The position numbers and the translations under genes were made by a program. From NCBI GenBank assembly GCA_050633825.1, contig JBOEHG010000019.1, forward strand, positions 881 to 64,880: a DNA stretch of 64,000 nucleotides. The letters are read 5' to 3'. Position 1 is the stretch's first letter. Every line of letters begins with the position of its first letter. Below are positions 56,457 to 64,000 of this stretch, in pieces. The notes under the pieces are model-generated. The model did not search any database, had not been told where the DNA came from, and saw nothing but the letters and a program-made list of their open reading frames with translations. This stretch comes from Cellvibrionaceae bacterium. GTDB lineage: Bacteria > Pseudomonadota > Gammaproteobacteria > Pseudomonadales > Cellvibrionaceae.

Positions 56457-58334
56457 ATGGCGCTATTACAAATATCAGAACCCGGGCAGTCGCCCGAGCC
56501 GCATGAGCGTAAGCGAGCAATTGGTATTGATTTGGGTACAACCAACTCATTGGTTGCAACCGTTCGCAATGGTCAGCCAGAGACTTTGCCTGATTATCAG
56601 GGCAACATGTTATTACCTTCTGTCGTTCGCTATACCGATTCAGCTTTGGTCATTGGTCAAGCGGCTAAAACGGCTGCCGCTCAAGACCCAATGAATACAA
56701 TGATTTCCATTAAGCGATTAATGGGACGTGGCCTTGATGAGCTACAAGCGTCTGAAAAACAATTTTCCTATCACTTTGCAGAAACGTCTTCTGTCGTCCC
56801 TCATATTCAAACCGCAGCCGGATTAAAAACACCTATCGAAGTCTCTGCAGATATTTTGAAGGCGCTCGCAAGCCGAGGTAAAGACACCTTAGGTGGCGAA
56901 TTGGATGGCGTTGTCATCACTGTGCCAGCCTATTTTGATGATGCGCAACGACAAGCAACCAAGGATGCGGCAAAAATTGCGGACTTAAAAGTACTTCGTT
57001 TATTGAATGAGCCCACGGCTGCAGCTGTCGCTTATGGTTTGGACGAAAAAGAAAATGGCGTTATTGCGATTTATGATTTGGGTGGTGGCACTTTTGATAT
57101 TTCAGTTTTACGGTTAACCAATGGCGTTTTTGAGGTATTGGCAACCGGTGGTGACTCTGCCTTAGGTGGCGATGATTTTGATCATGCCATTATGCTCTGG
57201 TTGCTTGAGCAATTCGGCATTGGGCAAGCGTTAACACCGGAACAAGAGCGAGAGCTACTCACTTTATCATGTCAATTAAAAGAGCAATTGACAGATAATG
57301 ACATTGCTATAGCAAGTTATAACGATATATCAGTTGAGTTAAATCAAGAGCAATTCTATTCGCTAGTAGACCCTTTGATATCGAAGACACTTAAGTCCTG
57401 TAAGCGTAGCTTGCGTGATGCAGGGATTGAAAAATCAGAAATCATGAATGTCGTTATGGTCGGTGGTTCCACAAGGATGCCAAGGGTGCGCCAGAAAGTC
57501 GCTGAGTTGTTTGAAGCCGAACCTTTGGTAAGTATAGATCCTGATCGTGTCGTTGCTATTGGTGCAGCTATTCAAGCGGATATTTTGGTTGGTAATAAAA
57601 GCGACAGCGATATGTTACTGCTGGATGTGGTACCACTTTCTTTGGGCTTAGAAACCATGGGTGGGCTTGTTGAAAAAATTATTCACCGCAATACCACGAT
57701 TCCAGTTTCTAAGGCACAAGAGTTTACAACCTTCAAAGATGGACAAACCGCAATGTCTATTCATGTTGTGCAGGGTGAGCGAGAGTTGGTTAAAGATTCC
57801 CGTTCCCTTGCGCGTTTTGAGCTTAAGGGTATCCCGCCAATGGTGGCTGGTGCCGCTCATATTAAAGTCACCTTTCAGGTAGATGCGGATGGTTTGTTAA
57901 GCGTTTCCGCTGAAGAAAGTTCAACCGGTGTTAAAGCAGAAATTAATGTTAAGCCATCTTATGGTTTAAGTGATGACGAAGTCGCTTCAATGTTACGGGA
58001 TTCCTTCGCTAATGCAAAAACCGATATTGAGGCGCGAGCATTGCGAGAAGAGCAAGTAGAAGCGGAACGCTTAATCGAATCTTTATCGGCTGCCTTGGAA
58101 GAAGATGGTCAACAGCTGTTGTCTACAGAAGAGTATTCATTATTATCCGATGCCCTTGATCAACTAAAAGTACTGCATAACAACGGTGATGCGGATGCGA
58201 TTCGCCGCGAAACTGAACATTTGGCCAAATTGTCAGATGAGTTTGCTGCACGACGAATGGATAGTAATATTAAGAAGGCCTTGTCAGGCCATCACCTAGA
58301 TGAATTTGAAAATTCATCTTCAGAGTCGCAATAG
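56457..58334 (+). CDS. hscA: Fe-S chaperone HscA (Hsp70 paralog)
   Basis: 625 aa. [24 protein letters not shown].., Hsp70 motifs throughout, isc context. Confidence 0.97.
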   Translation: MALLQISEPGQSPEPHERKRAIGIDLGTTNSLVATVRNGQPETLPDYQGNMLLPSVVRYTDSALVIGQAAKTAAAQDPMNTMISIKRLMGRGLDELQASEKQFSYHFAETSSVVPHIQTAAGLKTPIEVSADILKALASRGKDTLGGELDGVVITVPAYFDDAQRQATKDAAKIADLKVLRLLNEPTAAAVAYGLDEKENGVIAIYDLGGGTFDISVLRLTNGVFEVLATGGDSALGGDDFDHAIMLWLLEQFGIGQALTPEQERELLTLSCQLKEQLTDNDIAIASYNDISVELNQEQFYSLVDPLISKTLKSCKRSLRDAGIEKSEIMNVVMVGGSTRMPRVRQKVAELFEAEPLVSIDPDRVVAIGAAIQADILVGNKSDSDMLLLDVVPLSLGLETMGGLVEKIIHRNTTIPVSKAQEFTTFKDGQTAMSIHVVQGERELVKDSRSLARFELKGIPPMVAGAAHIKVTFQVDADGLLSVSAEESSTGVKAEINVKPSYGLSDDEVASMLRDSFANAKTDIEARALREEQVEAERLIESLSAALEEDGQQLLSTEEYSLLSDALDQLKVLHNNGDADAIRRETEHLAKLSDEFAARRMDSNIKKALSGHHLDEFENSSSESQ

Positions 58335-58346
58335 GAGTTTTATAGA

Positions 58347-58685
58347 ATGCCTAAAATCGTTTTTTTGCCTCATGAAGAAATATGTCCAGAAGGTGCTGTG
58401 ATAGAGGCTGAAGCAGGGGAAAGCATTTGTCGTACAGCATTGAAAAATGGGCTCGATATAGAACATGCTTGTGAAATGAGTTGTGCTTGTACCACTTGCC
58501 ATGTCATTGTTCGAGAGGGTTATGATTCATTAAATGAGCCTGATGAATTAGAAGATGATTATTTGGATAAGGCTTGGGGTTTGGAGCCTGAATCAAGACT
58601 AAGTTGTCAGGCTCTGGTTGCTGATGAGGACTTAGTCGTCGAAATTCCAAAATACACCATTAACATGGTTTCAGAAAATCACTAA
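58347..58685 (+). CDS. fdx: [2Fe-2S] ferredoxin of the ISC system
   Basis: 112 aa. MPKIVFLPHEEICPEGAV.., CEMSCACTTCH, LSCQA. Near-collinear with E. coli Fdx. Confidence 0.97.
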   Translation: MPKIVFLPHEEICPEGAVIEAEAGESICRTALKNGLDIEHACEMSCACTTCHVIVREGYDSLNEPDELEDDYLDKAWGLEPESRLSCQALVADEDLVVEIPKYTINMVSENH

Positions 58686-58721
58686 TATTTTTTGTTCAGG
58701 CTTAAAAGGTGGGATGTATAT

Positions 58722-58922
58722 ATGTCATTAATGTGGACTGATGTGCAAGACATCGCGATAGAATTAGCTGACAGTAAACCAGATGTTGATCCGCGCTATG
58801 TTAACTTTGTAGATCTAAGGGTCTGGGTAATGGCGCTACCATCATTTGATGATGCGCCGGATCGTTGTGGTGAAAAAATTCTGGAAGCTATTCAAGCCGC
58901 TTGGATAGAAGAGTCTGATTAG
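58722..58922 (+). CDS. iscX: Fe-S assembly protein IscX (YfhJ)
   Basis: MSLMWTDVQDIAIELAD..FDDAPDRCGEKILEAIQAAWIEE. ATG 58722 follows AAGGTGG. The ORF-track start at 58692 adds 10 unsupported residues. Confidence 0.9.
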   Translation: MSLMWTDVQDIAIELADSKPDVDPRYVNFVDLRVWVMALPSFDDAPDRCGEKILEAIQAAWIEESD

Positions 58923-58937
58923 TTTTTATTATTAAGC

Positions 58938-59810
58938 TTAGCCCTTGAACTGATAGGGTTGTAAACCGGCTACTGTGGTTTTGTAGGATAGGATAGCGTC
59001 GGAAAATTGAATTTTACGGCGAGTTCGAGTGAGGTCTTCTTGGCCTGAGGTCACAATAAATAGCGTATCCAAATTGGCGCCGCCAAAAGTGCAATATTTT
59101 ACGCCAGGCGCTTCTACTTTAATTTTATCAATGCATTCGCCTTCTTGGTTATAGCGGCTGATATAGCCTGCACCTCGATGACAGACCCATAGGCAATCCT
59201 CACTATCAACAGATAAACCGTGAGGGTAACCATCCTGTTTAGAAATTCGACAAAAATTGCTTGTTTCAATGGGTTGGCGTTGATCGTTTAGTCGAGTTGC
59301 GTAAATGTAACGCGTTGTCCCTGAACTTTGATACAAAATGGAGCCATCGTTAGAAAATGCCGGTGGGGCCGTGCAATCCCAGCCTTCACCTGTTACCCGT
59401 TGCATATCCATTGTGGGCGTTAGCTGGTATAGATTCCCTTGTTTTTCAGCGGGGTTTTTCTTTTGGGTGAATGACCAGTAATTCCCGTACTTGTCCACAA
59501 TACCCGCAATGGTTTGTTTGTTGCTGGCAAAGGGCTCGGGTTTTGATATGTAAGTGACCTGTCGTTTTTGCATGTCGTAGAAGCCAATACCATCCTCTAG
59601 AGTCGCAATAAATCCATGATTAATGCTTGGAGATAAACTGAGAATGGGGGCGTCTAATTTACACGCAGTAATTTCTTGCGTCTCAGTATTATATTGGTAA
59701 AGCTGTTGGTCAGCGTGATCGACCCAAAATAGTGATTGTTGGCTATCTATCCAGACGGGTTGTCCATTGTCACTGTTTTCTAACTTGATGATGCAATCAA
59801 TTTGCTGCAT
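58938..59810 (-). CDS. SMP-30/gluconolactonase/LRE-family beta-propeller protein
   Basis: 290 aa. Repeating propeller-blade pattern, ..LFWVD.., ..PHGLSVDSEDCLWV.., ..TFGGANLDTLFIVT... Confidence 0.8.
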   Translation of the reverse strand: MQQIDCIIKLENSDNGQPVWIDSQQSLFWVDHADQQLYQYNTETQEITACKLDAPILSLSPSINHGFIATLEDGIGFYDMQKRQVTYISKPEPFASNKQTIAGIVDKYGNYWSFTQKKNPAEKQGNLYQLTPTMDMQRVTGEGWDCTAPPAFSNDGSILYQSSGTTRYIYATRLNDQRQPIETSNFCRISKQDGYPHGLSVDSEDCLWVCHRGAGYISRYNQEGECIDKIKVEAPGVKYCTFGGANLDTLFIVTSGQEDLTRTRRKIQFSDAILSYKTTVAGLQPYQFKG

Positions 59811-59928
59811 AAACGCGCGCTTTGCCTTTTTTCGGGAGAATTTTTACCGCTTTATTATATGACTCAGTCACTATTCGCTTTGTTACCAAGTATTTCAGCA
59901 AAAATATAGAAGTAGTAAGGGATTATAT

Positions 59929-59942
59929 TGGTAACGTTTACA
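59929..59942. promoter_or_regulatory. LacI/GalR-type operator-like near-palindrome TGGTAACGTTTACA
   Basis: Matches the family pattern TGNAANCGNTTNCA with a central CG. Lies between the LacI-family gene and the SMP-30 gene, about 120 nt upstream of the latter. Confidence 0.5.
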
Positions 59943-60008
59943 TTTGGTCAATCATATCAGAAAGTTAGCAGCAAATAAGTAAAAGTCAAACGGAGGGGTG
60001 GTGAAGGA

Positions 60009-61013
60009 TTAAGGGGTAGCGCGGCTGGTAGAGTTGCGAATAATAATTTTATGGTTGAACTCTTTATCTTTATTGGGTGGGAGATCGCCATCAATTAATG
60101 CAAGCAAGGTGTTCATGGCAGTATCACCAATATCGATCATGGGTTGGTGTACCGTTGTGAGTGGTGGGTCGGTCATTTCGGTGTAGCGGACATTATTAAA
60201 GCCCATCACAGAAATATCTTCAGGTACTCTAAGGCCAAGTGTTTTAATACAGTGAAGTAGTTCTATCGCTGTATCATCATCTGAGCAAAGGATGGCAGTT
60301 GGGCGAGGCGCAGTATCTAATAACTTTTGCAGCTTCTCTTGAATACTAAGTCTATCGTACTCATGGTTCAAAAAACGTCCAATCACTGGGAGCTTATTTT
60401 CTTCCATTGCACTTTGATAGCCTGACTGTTGTTCTGATACCGTCAATGGCTCGTGATCACGGGCCATAAAGGCAATAGCTTTATGCTCAAGGTGAATAAG
60501 ATATTCTGTTGCCTCTTGCGCTGCAAGGGAGTAATCAATGGTCATACAGGGGAGAGGGTATTCCATACCATTGAACTGGTAGGGTTCACAGGCAAGTACA
60601 ATGGGCAAATTCTTTTCGATCTTAGAAAGATCTTTATCAGCTAAACCCACTAGTAATATAAAGCCATCAGCTTGTTTGCAGCGAATCATCTGTTGGTAGT
60701 AATCTAATGGGAGGCTATTAAACCCTGCTTCTTTTACCAACAAATGATAGCCGTTGGCTTTGGCAGCTTGGTTTAATTGTTTCACGATAGACTCATAAAG
60801 AGGTGAGCTTATTCTGGGAATGACCACAATCACTAACCCCGTTTTCCCTCTGCGCAGATTTTGCGCAAGGGTATTTGGAGTGTAGTTAATTCTTTTGATC
60901 GCTTCTTCGACTTTTTCCCTTGTCTGTTTACTGACTTGATTGGGATTATTAAAGAATCGCGATACGGTTGCAATAGACACACCAGCGATGTTGGCGACTT
61001 TTTTAATCGACAT
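60009..61013 (-). CDS. LacI-family transcriptional regulator
   Basis: 334 aa. MSIKKVANIAGVSIATVSRFFNNP..V...TR.KV..A HTH, followed by a periplasmic-binding-protein-like sugar-binding fold. Confidence 0.93.
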   Translation of the reverse strand: MSIKKVANIAGVSIATVSRFFNNPNQVSKQTREKVEEAIKRINYTPNTLAQNLRRGKTGLVIVVIPRISSPLYESIVKQLNQAAKANGYHLLVKEAGFNSLPLDYYQQMIRCKQADGFILLVGLADKDLSKIEKNLPIVLACEPYQFNGMEYPLPCMTIDYSLAAQEATEYLIHLEHKAIAFMARDHEPLTVSEQQSGYQSAMEENKLPVIGRFLNHEYDRLSIQEKLQKLLDTAPRPTAILCSDDDTAIELLHCIKTLGLRVPEDISVMGFNNVRYTEMTDPPLTTVHQPMIDIGDTAMNTLLALIDGDLPPNKDKEFNHKIIIRNSTSRATP

Positions 61014-61474
61014 AATAAATTAAAGTTTTTAATCGTTAGAGCAGTGTCTGCCCGACGATCTCCCCCGTCCTAATAGCAATAGGCTATTTGTAGCTTTTTT
61101 GATAATAATGTGCAATATAATTAACGATGTTTTTGTTTTTTTGGCGCGATTTACATCTTTTTTGTTGTTTTATTGTCGCTTATTACTTTTTGTTCTGATT
61201 TTTTATCTTTTCTTTTCATATTTGCATAACTTTGCTGTTCCTTTTATTGATCACCTTTTTGAGAGTTTTGGGTTTTCTGTTTATGTTGGAATAATATTCA
61301 ACAAATTGGTTTAAGGTATTGCTGTACAGGTCATAAATCCTTACAATGGCGCCCGCTTCGAGCTGGGACATTCTCTATTATTAAACAGGCAAGGTTGCCT
61401 GCATTTAAAGGCCTTTTTAGAGCATTCACCACCTTCTTTATATAAATCCATTCAGTATTCGGGAGAACACTGCT

Positions 61475-61900
61475 GTGACAGTCGAACGTACACTTTCAAT
61501 TATCAAACCTGATGCCGTCGCCAAAAATGTTATTGGCGAAATTATTGCGCGCTTTGAGCAAGCTGGCTTAAGTATCGCAGCTGCAAAAATGGTCCATCTT
61601 TCACAAGACCAAGCTGAAGGGTTCTATGCTGAACATAAAGAGCGTCCGTTCTTTGCTGCTTTAGTTGAATTTATGACATCAGGTCCTGTAGTTGTTCAGG
61701 TACTTGAAGGCGAAAATGCTGTTTTGAAAAATCGCGAGCTTATGGGTGCAACTAACCCACAAGAAGCAGAAGCGGGCACTATTCGAGCAGACTTTGCACA
61801 ATCAATCGATGCAAATGCCGTACATGGTTCTGATTCCCCTGAGTCAGCTGCCAGAGAAGTTTCCTACTTTTTCAATGACAGCGAAATCTGCGCACGTTAA
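61475..61900 (+). CDS. ndk: Nucleoside diphosphate kinase
   Basis: 141 aa, GTG start after [18 protein letters not shown].., NAVHGSDS active-site His context. Confidence 0.97.
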   Translation: MTVERTLSIIKPDAVAKNVIGEIIARFEQAGLSIAAAKMVHLSQDQAEGFYAEHKERPFFAALVEFMTSGPVVVQVLEGENAVLKNRELMGATNPQEAEAGTIRADFAQSIDANAVHGSDSPESAAREVSYFFNDSEICAR

Positions 61901-61913
61901 TTGAGATTGCATA

Positions 61914-63089
61914 ATGCCATCCGCTGAGTTGTCTTCAACAGGTAAGCCTGAGCAAAAAACGAATTTGCTCGGGCTTTCGCCAGCGAAGATGGCAGATTTC
62001 TTCGAATCTATTGGTGAGAAGCCATTCCGGGCAACTCAGGTCTTAAAGTGGATTCATCAAAATGGCGTCGATGATTTCGATGTCATGTCTAATCTCAGTA
62101 AATCCCTTCGTGAAAAACTCAAATCGGTAGCAGAGATACAAGGTCCCACTGTTATCCAGCAGTTGGATTCAGAAGACGGCACCCGTAAATTCCTATTCCA
62201 AATACCAGGCAACGACTCTGATAAGCAAAATGCGGTCGAAACTGTCTTTATCCCTGAAGGTGATCGAGGGACTTTATGTGTGTCATCGCAAGTAGGCTGC
62301 TCATTAGACTGTAGCTTTTGTGCGACAGGCAAACAAGGTTTTAACCGTGACCTTACTGCCGCTGAAATTATCGGTCAGGTATGGGCTGCCGCAAAGTCTT
62401 ACGGTCAGCTTACGCCTAAAGGCCCTCGTTCCGTTACGAATGTCGTGATGATGGGAATGGGGGAGCCACTGATGAACTTTGATAATGTGGTCGATTCCAT
62501 GTCGTTGATGATGGATGATAACGCTTATGGTTTGTCTAAGCGTCGAGTGACTTTGAGTACAGCCGGTGTCGTGCCAATGCTTGATCGGCTTGGGGAGGTG
62601 ACAGATGCGTCACTTGCTATTTCTCTACATGCGCCTAATGATGAGTTGCGTAATCAATTAGTCCCGATTAATAAGAAATACCCTATTTCTATGTTGCTGG
62701 GGTCTGCAAAGCGTTATATCGAGGGTTTGCCCGATAATCGCCGTAAAATTACCATAGAGTATACCTTGATTGATCAAGTGAATGATCGCCCACAGCATGC
62801 CCATGAACTGGCCGAATTACTTCGTGATATTCCTGTGAAAATCAATTTAATCCCCTTCAACCCCTTTGGTCTGGTGGATTATAAAAGGGTTAGTAATAAT
62901 GCCTTGCGCCGTTTTCAGGATATTTTGATTCAGGCAGGCTATACAACCACGATTAGAACCACCCGTGGTGATGATATTGATGCGGCGTGTGGCCAACTGG
63001 CCGGTGAAGTGAATGATCGAACCCGCCGTAGCGAACGTTATCGGCAGTCAGTAAGTCCCGATATTGTCAAAATAATCCCTGATCACTGA
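61914..63089 (+). CDS. rlmN: 23S rRNA/tRNA adenine-C2 methyltransferase RlmN (radical SAM)
   Basis: 391 aa. [14 protein letters not shown].., a [11 protein letters not shown] radical-SAM cluster motif, and a C-terminal DIDAACGQL. Confidence 0.96.
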   Translation: MPSAELSSTGKPEQKTNLLGLSPAKMADFFESIGEKPFRATQVLKWIHQNGVDDFDVMSNLSKSLREKLKSVAEIQGPTVIQQLDSEDGTRKFLFQIPGNDSDKQNAVETVFIPEGDRGTLCVSSQVGCSLDCSFCATGKQGFNRDLTAAEIIGQVWAAAKSYGQLTPKGPRSVTNVVMMGMGEPLMNFDNVVDSMSLMMDDNAYGLSKRRVTLSTAGVVPMLDRLGEVTDASLAISLHAPNDELRNQLVPINKKYPISMLLGSAKRYIEGLPDNRRKITIEYTLIDQVNDRPQHAHELAELLRDIPVKINLIPFNPFGLVDYKRVSNNALRRFQDILIQAGYTTTIRTTRGDDIDAACGQLAGEVNDRTRRSERYRQSVSPDIVKIIPDH

Positions 63090-63222
63090 GAGTCATAGGC
63101 TTAATATGATTTATGTTGGCCTAATGATTTGATACAGTACACATTGTGACGCTTGCAGCTGGCATTTATCAGTCAGTGTGGGCAATAATAATAGCTTATA
63201 TCGTCAATTGAGAGAGGTAACT

Positions 63223-64000
63223 GTGAATAGCAACATGCGTTCAGCCATTGCGTTTATATTCCTGTCTTTAGTTTTATTATTATCCGGGTGTGTTCAGACT
63301 GTTCAGACGAACAGCAATACCGGTCGTATTATTAACAAACAGAAAGCGCTCGACAGTTATATTGCCTTGGGTATGGCCTATTTGAGGCAAGGTACTCGAG
63401 ATTTGGCACGGCGTAATTTTGAAAAAGCACTTGAAGTAAACCCTCGTTCACATGAAGCCCACAATGGTATGGGTTTGCTGTATAAGTTAACGGGTGAAAT
63501 CGAATTATCTGAAAAATCCTTTAAACGCTCTTTGCGTGAAAATAAAAAATTCTCTCCTGCACGCCTTAACTATGGTGTATTTCTTTATACGCAGGGCCGT
63601 TACCAAGAAGCCATTGATAACTTTGAAGTTGCTTCTCAGGATCTCACATATGATAGAAGGGCATTGGCTCTAGCCTATGTAGGTCAGTCAGCGCTTAAGT
63701 TGAACAGTAAGGTGAGGGCAAAATCAGCTTTTGAGCATTCTCTCAATGTGGACAATAATTTAGCGTTAGCCATGGTGGAGCTGGCACAAATAGCATTTGA
63801 TGAGGAAGATTACAGTGCAGCCAAGCAGTATATAGACCGTTTTGCTACTGTTTCTCGGCCCTCCTCAAAAAGTTTATGGTTAGGGGTTCAGATCGAACGG
63901 ATTTTCGGTAATCAGGATAAAGAGGCAAGTTATGCCATTGCGCTAAAAAATTTACACCCGTATTCCAAAGAATATTTAGAGTATAAAAGGCTACTTGGTC
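63223..64000 (+). CDS. pilW: Type IV pilus biogenesis/stability TPR lipoprotein PilW (PilF in Pseudomonas), 3' end outside the window
   Basis: Not in the ORF track because it runs off the window; hand-translated. VNSNMRSAIAFIFLSLVLLLLSGC (lipobox) followed by TPR repeats (..ALGMAYLRQGTRDLARRNFEKALEVNPRSHEAHNGMGLLY..). Sits after rlmN, as in Pseudomonas. GTG 63223 follows AGAGAGG; ATG 63235 is an alternative. Confidence 0.85.
   Translation, partial: MNSNMRSAIAFIFLSLVLLLSGCVQTVQTNSNTGRIINKQKALDSYIALGMAYLRQGTRDLARRNFEKALEVNPRSHEAHNGMGLLYKLTGEIELSEKSFKRSLRENKKFSPARLNYGVFLYTQGRYQEAIDNFEVASQDLTYDRRALALAYVGQSALKLNSKVRAKSAFEHSLNVDNNLALAMVELAQIAFDEEDYSAAKQYIDRFATVSRPSSKSLWLGVQIERIFGNQDKEASYAIALKNLHPYSKEYLEYKRLLG

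Noticed and set aside
56457-58334. Similarity between hscA/hscB near the end of the window and dnaK/dnaJ at the start, as a possible segmental duplication.
   Set aside because: These are ancient, functionally distinct Hsp70/J-protein paralogs found in standard isc and dnaKJ operons, not a recent repeat.
61099-61314. A 71-aa Phe/Leu-rich ORF (TTG start) that could be read as a small membrane protein.
   Set aside because: Its hydrophobicity follows directly from the T-rich DNA tract. It has a non-ATG start, no RBS and no motif. Treated as a compositional artefact, and the tract itself is reported instead.

Overview
AT-rich (visibly below 50% GC) chromosomal segment from a gammaproteobacterium. 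The gene order resembles Pseudomonas and Oceanospirillales-type marine bacteria; that placement is an inference from synteny, not a database hit.

The backbone is housekeeping: dnaK(3' end)-dnaJ-dapB, carA-carB-greA, degS/yhcB/zapE, purU, secD-secF, suhB, trmJ, the complete iscRSUA-hscBA-fdx-iscX operon, ndk, rlmN and the 5' part of pilW/pilF.

Several accessory blocks are inserted into this backbone:
- About 18.6 kb between dapB and carA. It holds a LysR regulator, an output-less HAMP membrane protein overlapping an orphan family-3 binding protein, a DadA-like dehydrogenase + Rid-family protein + TAXI-TRAP transporter, and a signalling cluster with duplicated parts (two REC-GGDEF-EAL proteins, two Rcp1-like single-domain response regulators, a Tat-exported orphan binding protein, a HAMP-PAS histidine kinase and a minimal soluble kinase).
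- A co-directional dctPQM-type TRAP transporter + oadGAB Na+-pumping oxaloacetate decarboxylase, with a divergent Cache-sensor kinase and NarL-type regulator.
- An AT-rich surface-modification islet: GT4 glycosyltransferase, stand-alone AT3 acyltransferase, and a convergent lipoprotein with three ~90-aa cadherin-like repeats and a C-terminal SGNH esterase.
- An orphan Sfp-type PPTase + PHP-type phosphatase upstream of secD.
- A LacI regulator + SMP-30 lactonase wedged between iscX and ndk.

I found no rRNA, tRNA, CRISPR array, transposase, integrase, phage gene or recognisable defence or toxin-antitoxin module.

Nothing here can be asserted from sequence alone to be a new system. The best candidates for undescribed biology are:
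- the duplicated c-di-GMP/two-component circuit, which has one systematically degenerate paralog and an orphan Tat binding protein;
- the HAMP-only protein + binding protein pair;
- the split AT3 / SGNH-cadherin lipoprotein locus;
- the TRAP-OAD sodium-cycle operon;
- an unusually structured iscS-iscU spacer with four consecutive hairpins.
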